DNA of 64,000 nucleotides from Ruditapes philippinarum (Eukaryota): NCBI RefSeq assembly GCF_026571515.1, contig NW_026865120.1, positions 1 to 64,000 of the forward strand, read 5' to 3'. Shown piece by piece: positions 52,700 to 64,000 of this stretch (position 1 is its first letter; each line of letters starts with the position of its first letter). The notes under the pieces were generated by a model. It saw only the letters and a program-made list of their open reading frames with translations, ran no database searches and was not told where the DNA came from. The position numbers and the translations under genes were made by a program.

Positions 52700-53100
52700 C
52701 TAATTTGAAAATAGATCTTATAGAATCTCTCGACATTAAAGTAGTAAACTTTTGAATAGATAGCAATCTACAAAAATACGGGGTGAAAGTTTTAATTCGT
52801 AACTGCCTATATTTCGGACAAACAAGTTAATAAAGATAAGGACCATTGTCATATCACATTGAGTACAGTATCGTTGTTTTCGGTCAGTATTGTTATATTG
52901 TCCCGTTTCTATGGCTAAATTATTTGTATATAATCTAAAATTTGTAATTGTAGTTTTATATTTTGTGTCCATGTTTAACTGCAGGTACTTCTCTATTTCA
53001 AATTCGAGTTTGAATAAACAGTAGTGAGATAACCTATTATAATAATTAATTGCAGTATACCACTATTGCTTAAAGATATCTAATATTCGCTGCTTAATAA
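52700..53100 (-). mobile_element. LINE 3' fragment (RT C-terminus with zinc knuckle)
   Basis: IKQRILDIFKQ*WYTAIN...YCLFKLEFEIEKYL...NFRLYTNNLAIETGQY...RYCTQCD. Confidence 0.75.
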
Positions 53101-53289
53101 TTATATATTAACGCATATAAAAAGTATTGACAAATTATAATCTGTCCAATAGATACTTCTTAACAGATACTTTGAAAGAAGGTAACTTGCGAATGCTAGA
53201 TAATTTAGTTGGCAAACTGTTCCACAACAAAAAACACAAAAGCAGAAGGACTTGGATCCAAAACCTTTGACCTTATGCATATGCATCCT

Positions 53290-53827
53290 TGCTACTTAAC
53301 CTGGAAATGTAAGAATGAACAGTGTCCTGTTGGATGAAATACTCTTCCAAGACATTTTTTTTCTTTTAAAAACATGACAAAGGATGATCTGATCTATACG
53401 TTTATTGACTGATAACCAGTTGAGTGAGCAAATGTCATTTGGATTAATATGTGACCTAGTATCAAGATCAAGTACAAACCTAATCATCTTATTCTGAGTC
53501 ACTTGAAGTTTATTTTTAAGGAATTGGGGCAGGTCAAGATACCATATTGAACAACAGTAATCAAAATGACATTGGATAAAGGACATAACTAGACTAAGTA
53601 GTTTCTTAGTATGTTGAGTAAGGTTATCTTTTTTGAGCTATAAATTTTTCAAGCGTGCATTTGCCTTCTGCATTACTGACATAGCCATTGCATCTAAATA
53701 TAATGATTGATCCATGGTTGCTCAGAGATATTTCACCGACGAAGTTGGTTTAATAACTGTGTCATTACATTCAATATTATGGGATGACCCAAATAAGATT
53801 GACTCAGTCTTGTCTAAATGTAGTGAT
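53290..53827 (-). mobile_element. L2/Crack/CR1-group LINE RT fragment
   Basis: LSLHLDKTESILFGS, SVKYL, SFIQCHFDYCCSIWY...KLQVTQNKMIRFVLDL. Confidence 0.8.
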
Positions 53828-55880
53828 AATATATTACTCCCCTATAATTTTTTGGTCCTCGATATTACCTTCCTTGGTTATTTTTGAAACAATACCATCT
53901 TCCCATGTTGTTGGATATTCTCCAGTAGAAAATAAACGACTGAATAATTGAAGTGTAAATGCTAATGCTATTTCAAACAAATGTTTAAATATTTCAGCAT
54001 AAATTTCATCAAGGCCTGCACTGTTATTATTATTTTGAGAAAACGTAGCATTTTTTAATAAATTAATATAAGTTTTTTCTTAATTTAGAAAATGGTCTAA
54101 ATTACTTGCATTCACATTTTTATTTTGCAAGTTATTTTGATTTGAGCCAAATAATTCTTCAAATGACTGTAAAGGTCGTCTACAGTTAAAAAAAAACGTT
54201 TGACTTTGTTGAATCACGTTGAATAATATTTTATCTAAAATTTATACTAAAATGCTAATAGCTAGACTTACTAAGTGTGCAGACGAAAATTTATCATGAT
54301 AAGATAGCCAATATGGTTTTCAAAAATCTAAAGTTTACGCATGATTGTGTTTTCATTCTTCATGCTATTATGTTGAAAACATTATCAATGAAAAAGAAAC
54401 TGTATGTAACATTCTAAGATTGGGAAAAATGTTTGATCGGATAGATCAAGTAATGTTGTGGCAAAAATTAATTACTGCGAACGTAAGCACTAAACTTATT
54501 ACAGCTTTTTAAATCCATGACGTACTAAGTTGAAAATCTGTAATCCGATATAATTCTACGAATTCAGATCCCATAACATCTTTCATTGGAGTAAAACAAT
54601 GGAACCCAGATAGTAGCATACTCTGTCTTTTTTCCTTAATGATATTGTAGAAAATATTAATAGTAACTTAAATGGTATTTTAAGTATTGATAAAGTTAAA
54701 GTTTTTTATTATTGATCCCTGATGACGGTGCATTATTTGCTTATGACCCTCAATCTCTACAATCAATGTTAAATGATGTACATACTTACTGTAATACATG
54801 GAGACTTCGATTAAACGTCAGTAAATTAAAAATAAAAATAATGATATTTGAAAACGGTCGTCATACATCATATGACTTTTATATATGTAACTCGCATATT
54901 GACATCGTTCAGTCATTTAAATATCTTAGTGTTCATTTGTTTAAAAACAGGATTGGAATCACACGCATCAGTGAATCGCTCAACATGCTCAGTTTTCTCT
55001 TCACAACTTATTCATTGTTTACCAATTAAAAATACTTGTATCCCAAAAATTTGTCTTATTGAATATTCTTTTGTAATGTCTACTCTTAATTATTGTGCGG
55101 AGGTATGGGGTCATCACGCGAGATTGTACATACGAAATTGTGTAGGAAAGTTTTATGCGTAAGTCGCTCCACAAACGTTGATGCTCTATTCGGCAGAATT
55201 GGGGAGGACACCAATGAATGTGTATCGAAAAATTATATTGATAAAATACTACTATTTAAAACTGTTAATATGTTATTAAGGGATGCTTAATTAGGAAATA
55301 CATATATCGGTAATAACTAGGCCAGTCAGATAAAAGCAATACTTTATAATCACGGTTTAATGTATTTATGGCAAAATCTATTTAACGTTCAAATTAACGT
55401 AAATATGATTAAGCAACGGATACAAGATGTGTTTTATCAACAATGGTGCACATCAATAGATAAATCTTCTCGTCTCGAAACGTACTGTTTATTTAAGCAT
55501 GAATATAAATTAGAAAGTTATCTCGACTTTATACAGTTATCTCGACTTTATACAGGAAGCAAAATTCAGCATATCTTAAACAAAATTTCGTAGTACATCT
55601 TCACAAGATTTGGCAATAGAACGCGGACGCTACATAAATATTCATAGGACGAAGAGAATTTGTTTAAATTGTAATTCGAATATGATCGAAAATGAATATC
55701 CTCTTTTACTTATACAAATGTATGTCCAAAATTTAGAGAACTACGTTAAAAATATTCAAAACGTTATTTATACCTGGCCTACCTTACAAAAATTCAAAAT
55801 CTTGTTAAGGGAAACTAACTGGCACACTATTTAGAATCTATTTAAATTTATATACTATGCTTATATACTGAGAAACTAAC
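53828..55880 (+). mobile_element. Degenerate LINE RT (RTE-X/CR1-like) with inverted 5' segment (53828-54215 on the minus strand)
   Basis: Minus piece: NNSAGLDEIYAEIFKH, FSTGEYPTTWEDG, YRGVI. Plus piece from 54219: LNNILSKIYTKML, DCVFILHAI, GVKQ, LIPDDGAL, LNYCAEVWG, AIERGRY...RICLNCN. Confidence 0.8.
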
Positions 55881-58312
55881 AAACATTCTCCAATAATATA
55901 AGATCTTCAAAAAATCCTTGACAATATGTCGTCTAAACATAAGTAAAACCCATAAATTTCCATTGTATTTCATGTATTGTTTGCTAAAATATGTTACATG
56001 CTTTATGCGATAAATATATTGAATTTACTTTAACAGCTGGTAGTTGGAAATTCACTCGACTGTTACCAGCATGAAATGTTCGCACATATCATACTGTTTT
56101 TAAAACACAGAATAAAGAGGGTACCAAGTTGGTTACTCGCGCGAATCCCAAACCTTTTGTGACGACACCCCACTTTTAGATACAATGTATGTAGAAATAA
56201 AGTAAGTAAATAAATTGTTTATTATAGTGACATATACATGATAACAATACATACAAAGACTCCCGACCCAGGGGACCTTTAAGTCACCTTAGTTTATATG
56301 CACAAATAAAAAGACTGTGAATAACACATAGCTTTGCAAACAGAACATTTTTGGCCGAAGGGTAACTTAAATCAGTTTGACTGCCTGTTATACTTACAAT
56401 GAAGAACTGAATATAAGAAGAATTTCCATGGGTCAATCTAAATTTCAAATGGAAGTCCGGGAATCACACTGGTCATTATAAAAAGAGTTTTTGCCATTCT
56501 ATATGAAATTTTAAGAGTAGTTCTAAAAAAATGGGGATAATTCTTGCCATTATGATATAAAATGTAAAGGATAGTTCTTAAACAAAATGCTAAGGATGGT
56601 TCTTTATCTGTCTAGTTAAATTGATGAGACATTAAAGTCCTGTTTAAACATACTTCCTCCCACAAAACGTTTTACACTCCGTTTAGATCTCATTACATTT
56701 TCTAGCAAACAATACATTTTACCCAAGAACCTTCTGAGCTTATTTAACACTATAGCTTACTGTCAGATTTTTTAATTTTGTCCAAATTACGAGACCCCCT
56801 AATAATGTTCTCGATCCTGTTATTTTACTCATGGACATGAAAATATCCAAAACAGTTCAAAACACACGCTAAAAAATTCGAACTTATCAGGTACGTTCGA
56901 TAAGTGTCCATGGCCAACATATGATATGATCATTTGTGTGTTCAATTGATATATTGCAATGTTTATAATTTGCATGTATTTTGCCAGTATTTATAAATAT
57001 AATTCAATTGCCGACCGACTACATAGAATGTTGGTGTCATAAATTGAGTTCGCTTACCGAAACACGGCGGGTTTATTTATTTACAGTGTTTCATTTTTCA
57101 TGATTAGTAACTCCATTGATTAATCTGTCATAGTAACAAAATTAATTTTACAAAAGAAAGTTTTCTTACGATTTGTTTTTTCGTTTTTTTTTCAGTATTT
57201 TTCAGTATTTCCCTATGTACATGTTGCAAATCCGTGGATTTTTTATATCAACAAAACGTTCCTTTTTAAATTTTTGATTAAACTGTAATTGTTAAAGTAT
57301 TTTTTTTAAATCTAAAATTACATCCAGTATATAAAAGATAATCAATTTACATTGAGAGTAAAAAATGAACTTTAACGAAATTAATGAGCAGAAAGACAAT
57401 GTTCTATTTGTATGTGGAGTTATATTTGGCTTCATACACAAACTTTCACACAATTAATGCGTTGGGTGTGGTTATGAACCACTTCTAGGTCATTCGTCAG
57501 TTATCATAATTGTTATTGTTTGTGAAACGGAGACCGGTTTACAAGGTTTTTCAAAGCTGTTTATGTAAAATAAGAGATAAACTTTTATACGTAATTTGTT
57601 GGTTTTACTGTATCCATTATCCTTTCATTTTCATATGCGTTTATTTAAATAATACTGTCCATATTGCATATCACAAAATTTATAAAGTCAAACGAACAAA
57701 ACAAGAAATAGGAACATATAAATAAATACTGTAAAGTAGTAGTTGTCCTACTTTGAAGAGACATCAATAATATTATCTTTACTCAAAAAAGATGTTCAAC
57801 CAAAGTGAAACTGGTTAATTTCTAAGTTTAGTTTTCGATACATATAGAAATGTAAGTAATGCTTGCATAACAATGACATTATAATTCCTGGCTTAGAAAA
57901 CAAAAACCCATTTTGTTAAGAAAGGCATTAAATTATAAGCATATTAATATTTTATTTGATTTTCATTCTTATTACATATTGCATTTACTGTTTAAAATAG
58001 AAATTACGATACCTATTACAGTTCTATTATCTGATTACTCATTCACGTGGGGATAGAAGAAGAAATTATTTTCCAGCAGCTGTGCAGACTTCAAATTCCG
58101 ATATGCTTAAATATAACAAAGTATATATTTCCTAGCAATCATATGATCAACACAATATGTTACCATTGTTCACGTCAAAAGAAAATTCCAATAAAATTAA
58201 AACAAAAGATGCGAATGTTACATTTGTTGCTTAATTCAAAGAAAACATATTTGGCAACACACGTTCGAGTCATATTTAAAGAACAATTGGGGTACTAGGA
58301 CACTCGATTTCA

Positions 58313-58354
58313 TGCGCATGCGCAGTTGTGCACAGGGTAAGCAATTGTATTTAA
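58313..58354 (+). promoter_or_regulatory. NRF-1/Ewg-type palindrome plus TATA-like box
   Basis: TGCGCATGCGCA at 58313-58324 and TATTTAA at 58348-58354, about 80-120 bp upstream of ATG 58435. Confidence 0.55.
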
Positions 58355-58434
58355 GTCCAACTGACACGAAGCTCGTTTCAAAATCGTTTCCTTGGCTAAG
58401 ATATTCTGTTTTGATTTTTGGAACTGTTGTCATT

Positions 58435-60949
58435 ATGGGAAAGAACCTTAAATGCGCATTGGTGAGTTTTTTCTATTGTGGTTTAATATTTATCATTTTT
58501 TTTAATTTTTAATTTGAATATGATCTTATTAACAATTACAGCATGTTGTTTCAAGCTTGCATATCATAAAGATATACAACGACGCGTTTTGAAACATTTT
58601 CTTTTCTTATTTTTTAAAAAAATATCATCTGATTATACATACATCTATTATCCTTGATTTTTGTAATGCTTTATTATGTCAGATTTTTGAATGCATCTAT
58701 AAATAATCGCATTTTCATTTTCTTGGAACTAATTTGCAGAACTGTTAATTTAACATTAATAGAATGGCTATATGCCTTTTAATCATTCGCGTATCTGAAC
58801 CTTCCCCCCCCCCCCCAAAAAAAAAAAAGATTTTTTTTTTCATAGATAATTCTTCTCTTATATATAACATTTTATATTATATTAATAGCATTATTATATT
58901 TATATCAATTATTTATACAATGGGTAAAAGACTGGATTTTATCGGAAAGTGAACCATGAAAGACAAAAAAAAACAAAAAACAAAAAAAACAAAAAACACT
59001 TTATGTGTCACTGTCAAAAACCATTGACAATTCTACTGGTCTCATTTACTATTGTATTAAACCAATCGTCTTAGCATTGGTCCATGTGTACCATCATAAA
59101 ATCTAACCGCTTCACTATTCGAAAAACAGGGAGAGCGTTTGTACTTATTTGGGGTCGGTGATGGCGTAGGCGTTGCCTTCACACTTCGGTAGAGTGTATG
59201 CGTGCACACTGATAGTCCAAGTTGAATCTTCTCACTTTTTGTATTTGAGGGCATAATAGGAGGTCCAACTAACTCTAACATAGATTTTGACAGAAGTATT
59301 GCCCTTTTTAAACAAAGAAATTTCTTCATTATTTTAATCAAACGCTAAAAATAGTCGAACATGCTGTCCTTCCGACAAATTTTTGTTTGTTTTTATTTAC
59401 AGTTTGTTTTGTGTATATCCATCATCATTCAAGTTATGAATGCTGACTCTGACGAGGAAATAACCTGCACGAGTAATGCTGACGTATGTATTGCGCATTG
59501 ACTGATATAAATAATACATCTAATAAATATTAGCCATCCGAATTTTTATTATGTATGTAGTTTATGATAATTATTTTAGTGTAAACAATTCAAGCCATGT
59601 TATTTAACACATTGCTTATGGTTAATAACATCATGTGTCCACACCATGAAATGCTAAATTGTATTGTGCTATAGGCATTGTATTTACATACTTTATGCAA
59701 TAAACTTTGAATTGTATTTACGAATGTTAGCTTTGACTTTGACAAAAAGTTACCTTTATTATATTTTAAATTTTAAAACATACTCCTATGATGAAATAGT
59801 GACAGGCATTTGATTTGATTTTATTGGCCAACCTAAACATAAAATTAATATCTAAGTTTGGAATGCAAACTTTCACTTTCTTGTAAGAGTTTTTAACAAC
59901 TTTTCTAAATGATTACATTTTGGAGACTCATGGAGAGATCGACTAAGAAGTGAGAGATAGAAATGCTGGCGATTAGGCCATCACTTCATCACTTCCCTCA
60001 CGAACTTCTTCCGTCACGACATTGTTTCATCATTTATCACTTTAATCCCTACATTACATCAGTTACTGTCTCTTGAGATTCTAAACTTTGCTTTAAAATC
60101 AGATGCTTATGAATAATTATGACTTCTTTTTTTTATTTCATCGCAGTGTCCGGCGAAACACATCTGCCATGGTGAACTAGGTCACTGTGAAGAATGTATG
60201 TTTAGAAATATGTCTCTTTTGATAGTATTCATTTAAATATATATTGAAATCATTTTCTGTAAAAGAATAGTAACTAAATATTTTTAAAAATGCAGGCATG
60301 TCAGAACACTTTCTATTGCAATTTATCTTTTTGTACGGCAAGCAGTATGTAAACTTGTTACTTTTTAAAACATTCGAAAATTTGTTTAATGTATTTCGTA
60401 TTTGCACTTGTTTGTGATAGATCGGCGAAAAAATCACACCAATCTCTGCAAAATGGTAAAAACAAAAACATAGCAACCATTAGCCAAAAGCGCAAAATAC
60501 AAACACCTGATTTATAAGCAAAAACGTAAACAAATCAATGACAAAATTACGTATGTATGTCAAAATGAAGATTATTAAAAAACGAAGAAAATCCATTAGA
60601 TCAAAAATACGAATTTATGATTTATATACAAATATACCCCGGTACCGCCGTAAGCAGTTACCCTCGAGCTAGATATTCCGGTCTGTACAGGCAGCCGTTG
60701 TAAGATCTTTTTATGATTACATCCGTTTCTAGTGGTCTATCTACATGGTCTGGAAGCGCATCAGTTACACGATTGAACGCCCTCGTAATGTGAATGAAAG
60801 AAGTATAATTCTCATTTATTTTGCTTTTTTCAGGCCTCTGTAAAAAGATAAGCCAATGTGTGATAGAAAATGATCACACCACTAAATGTGAATGTGACGA
60901 TTCTCAATTCACTGGCAAGTTCTGTAATGAGACAAGCGCGTCCAAGTAA
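58435..60949 (+). CDS. Small secreted cysteine-rich protein with C-terminal EGF-like module, 90 aa
   Basis: Exons 58435-58461, 59403-59483, 60147-60195, 60834-60949 (273 nt, strong GT-AG sites). Translation: MGKNLKCALFVLCISIIIQVMNA|DSDEEITCTSNADCPAKHICHGELGHCEECLCKKISQCVIENDHTTKCECDDSQFTGKFCNETSASK*. AATAAA occurs at about 61142. Confidence 0.75.
59105..59390 (+). mobile_element. Non-autonomous Helentron/HINE-like element (intronic)
   Basis: 5' cttcactattcgaaaaacagggagagc, a degenerate gtcggcgt tract, and 3' aatagtcgaacatgctgtccttccgacaaatttttgttt (subterminal inverted repeat plus short hairpin). Confidence 0.55.
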
Positions 60950-61382
60950 GAAATGCAGCAAGTGACGATGAACTAGTAAACACCTGATGACCAGATATCT
61001 TCTTATAAACTTTTTCACTGGTTAATTGGATTTTACTAGAATTGTATATCATAAATGAATTGTTGGACGAAAGACATTGTTCATCATGAACTTTCGTAGG
61101 CTTGCTTGAGATGAGAATATTAAATGTATTTCTTTTGGACAAATAAAAGAAAAGTCAAAATGAACAAAGTCTGTTTTTTTTATTATTGTAAATGTAATAA
61201 ATATACAAACAGTATATAAAATAATAACAAAAGGGACTAATATAGAAACATTTACTATATTACATGCATTTGTTTTCATGTCAAATTTACACACAAAAAG
61301 TTTCTCCTAATACCTGGGACTTAAGATAAAGAGGTTATATTTCAAGTCCCAGATAAATAACGAAAGTAGAACACACATTTTA

Positions 61383-61530
61383 CGGAACGTCGGTGGTTCT
61401 ACTCAGGTGCCCGTTCGTGCCTGAAAAAATGCATCTGAGGTCTTCCTACACCAGTAAAGCTGGAACGTCGCCATATGACCTATTCTCCGTCGGTGTGACG
61501 TAAAACTCAATGAATCAAACAAACAAAAGA
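61383..61530 (+). mobile_element. 5'-truncated SINE (bivalve Meta/Deu-like body)
   Basis: gtcggtggttctactcaggtgcccgttcgtgcctgaa...ggtcttcctacaccagtaaagctggaacgtcgccatatgaccta, followed by a (caaa)n tail. Confidence 0.7.
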
Positions 61531-62302
61531 ACTTACACTTGAATAAAAAAATTTGGGATCAATTTCAAAAAAGACCAAATTCAGGATTTTTTGTTATACG
61601 CGTTAACAAGAATAATGGTACATAAAAATGAGAAATGAATTTGCATGGCATGTTGATATGGTGAAACATTATTTATCATTAAAATGGCAGACAGTTACCT
61701 GAATTTTAGACTGGTGTGAAAAAAATTCAATTACACCATGTTCCTGCGAGTCAAAGGTATAAAAGCAACTTGACATTGGTGATAAATAAAGAGCAATTGT
61801 TAATTGATTTATTGGGAAATCAATCAACTATTTTGTTGCATTCCTTAACAATTCTCGTCTGACCCAATAGTGTGTTTATATTCCTATTTATAAACCCGTA
61901 ATACCTCGTACGTGAGTTTCTGTTGAAAAAAAGTCAAAGTTCTCGGAAAATCAACATTCCATTCAAACCACCATAAACTCGATTGCCTTGAAACAAATAG
62001 AACAAAATAGAATTAACTTCTTACAGCACGGGCGACCGTTTCGTATCTAAAATCAATAAACAAAAACTACCCTTTCACCAATTGGAACATGCTCGACTAA
62101 GACTGACCGAAAGAGCCGAAAAGTTGCGATTGCCCCTTCACAAAATCTGAATGCATTCCATAAAGGTCGTCGCGTTTCAGCGCGGACGCCAATAATTTCA
62201 AATATTCTTATGGAAAAAATACTACTGTCAGAGAGTTACTACTGTCAGAGTTGATCCAAAACTTTGAGCAACTGGTAAGTAGTGAATAAGTATTTTGTAT
62301 GA

Positions 62303-62493
62303 CAGTCAAAATACTACTTTGTTTACATTTTGCTACATTTACGATACATAACGGCATTTTCAGTGCTGCTTTTTTCATTTGTTAAGCATTTAACATTCTC
62401 CTAATTCATTATTTAAACAATATTAAACATATTTTGACATTTCTAACGAATTTAAAATCTATAATGTATTTCTGAGGCATAATGTGCCTTTTA
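62303..62493 (-). mobile_element. TTAA-flanked MITE fragment
   Basis: gtcaaaatactactttgtttacattttgct...tttctgaggcataatgtgcctttta, same family as 28840-29010. Confidence 0.65.
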
Positions 62494-64000
62494 GAGAAAG
62501 AGTCAAAAACGAAACGACTATGTGGTGATTGATCGATGTACTCGTATACTTCACTTAAATACAATACTAGTCCATTATTCGAAAAGTTAGAAAAGTTATT
62601 TGAATATATGTGATAAAAAACTGTAATTATCAAATAAGGTATTAAATCTTTAGCAAAAAGTTACCCGACGTTACATTGTTTGTCTATATAATAATATTAA
62701 TATGAGATATAAATACATGTACTACTTAATGATCAACATAATTCTTTTTTGTCCATCACATAGCAGTATTTTCAAATTTCTGTTAACTTTGGTTAATATG
62801 TACCAACTATATTAAATTTAGTTAATCAGGTCCGTCTAACAAGCTTACTAATTTCAATAATGCATTATATTTAGTTATACTCGTATTAAGGAGGAGTTAG
62901 AGGTATGGTTTATACTCTGAAATGTAAAATATGAAGGAACCATATAAATCCGGTAAAAATCATAATAAACTGTCATAAAATGAAGCTGTTGTATATATGT
63001 ACTTTATATAAAAATATAGATTAATGGAAATGAACTTGCAACAAACCAGTTATCAAATCAACGAAGAATAACGTTTTATCAAATTACAAATTACATAAAA
63101 TTAAAATGTGTATAAAAAGCAAACTGTAAAGCTCTTTTTCGACAATCATTAATAAGATAGGCGATATATCACCGAGACTAGTACTATAGTTCAATTTCCC
63201 TTCAATGGAAATTTTCTTTCAATCTTTTACATGCAACACCGTTCTAACAGAATTTGGAACGTAAAGCAATATGAGCTCCTATTGGGCTCTTGGGCACCAT
63301 TTATATTGACTATACGTTAATTTTTAACTGTTATATCTCCCCTGGATAATCAACAAACATATCCTGAGTGGAAATTGCCATCACTTGAATATAACTTGGA
63401 ATATCCTGGGTTAAATCTGCAGCACCCTGGTGACTTTTGGTAGTTTAAAGTCAAAAGTTATTTCTTTGGTTTCATAAAAAAGAAGATCTGGCAGGAATTC
63501 CAAAAAATCTGATTTTTAAATTAAATCAAATAACTCGTTACTGTCCATTTGTTTTTGCTTGAAAAATAATGTCGATCATTAAATAGGTTCATGTTAAATA
63601 ATACGCATTAATAACAAAAACAAATTGGTCAGGCGTGCCACAGGCACGCGAACAATAATTCTATTAATGGTATTATTTAACATTAACCTATTTAATAAAC
63701 ACTAAAAAGGAAAGAATATTGCATATTGATTGTAGAGAAAAACCTGACATAACGTAAACGTAATCGGATCAAAATATACAGTAAAAAGCAATGCAAACAA
63801 CAATAACAGAAAGTAAAAATAGCAAAAACAACGTCATTTTGTCACTTCACTACAGCTTATCAACAAAACATTTTTTTGTATAAATCGCAAAAGTAAGAAA
63901 CATGATTTTCTAGCACTCCCGTATGTTAAGTTCAACAGCATGTCTATTAGAATACCTCTTGCTGAATTAAAAAAGTAAAGGAATTCAAAAGGAAAGGAAG

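Noticed and set aside
59057-59341. 94-aa minus-strand ORF
   Set aside because: Antisense reading of an intronic HINE-like repeat.

Overview
AT-rich eukaryotic genomic DNA with GT-AG introns. The repeat families suggest a mollusc, probably a bivalve (inference). About 1-11 kb is mostly homopolymer-inflated, low-quality consensus and cannot be annotated reliably. The clean part holds five spliced genes that I rebuilt exon by exon with consistent intron phases. (i) Three tandem + strand AA15-type lytic polysaccharide monooxygenase (LPMO) paralogues lie at 12.1-29.3 kb. They keep the copper histidine brace and axial Phe, but show substituted surface aromatics, an extra Cys pair and a shared C-terminal P-x-G-F-I-P-I motif. 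(ii) An 11-exon minus-strand type I membrane protein (566 aa) has an uncharacterised N-terminal domain, two cadherin-like repeats and an Asp/His-containing TM helix. (iii) A 4-exon, 90-aa secreted Cys-rich/EGF-like peptide gene is missed by the ORF track. Mobile DNA includes a complete-ended Ngaro-type tyrosine-recombinase retrotransposon with split direct repeats and degenerate gag, RT, YR and SGNH ORFs, inserted at an ATATTA core in a tandem array. There are also nested LINE remnants (one with a twin-priming-type 5' inversion), a PIF/Harbinger MITE, TTAA-flanked MITEs, Helentron remnants and tRNA-derived SINEs.
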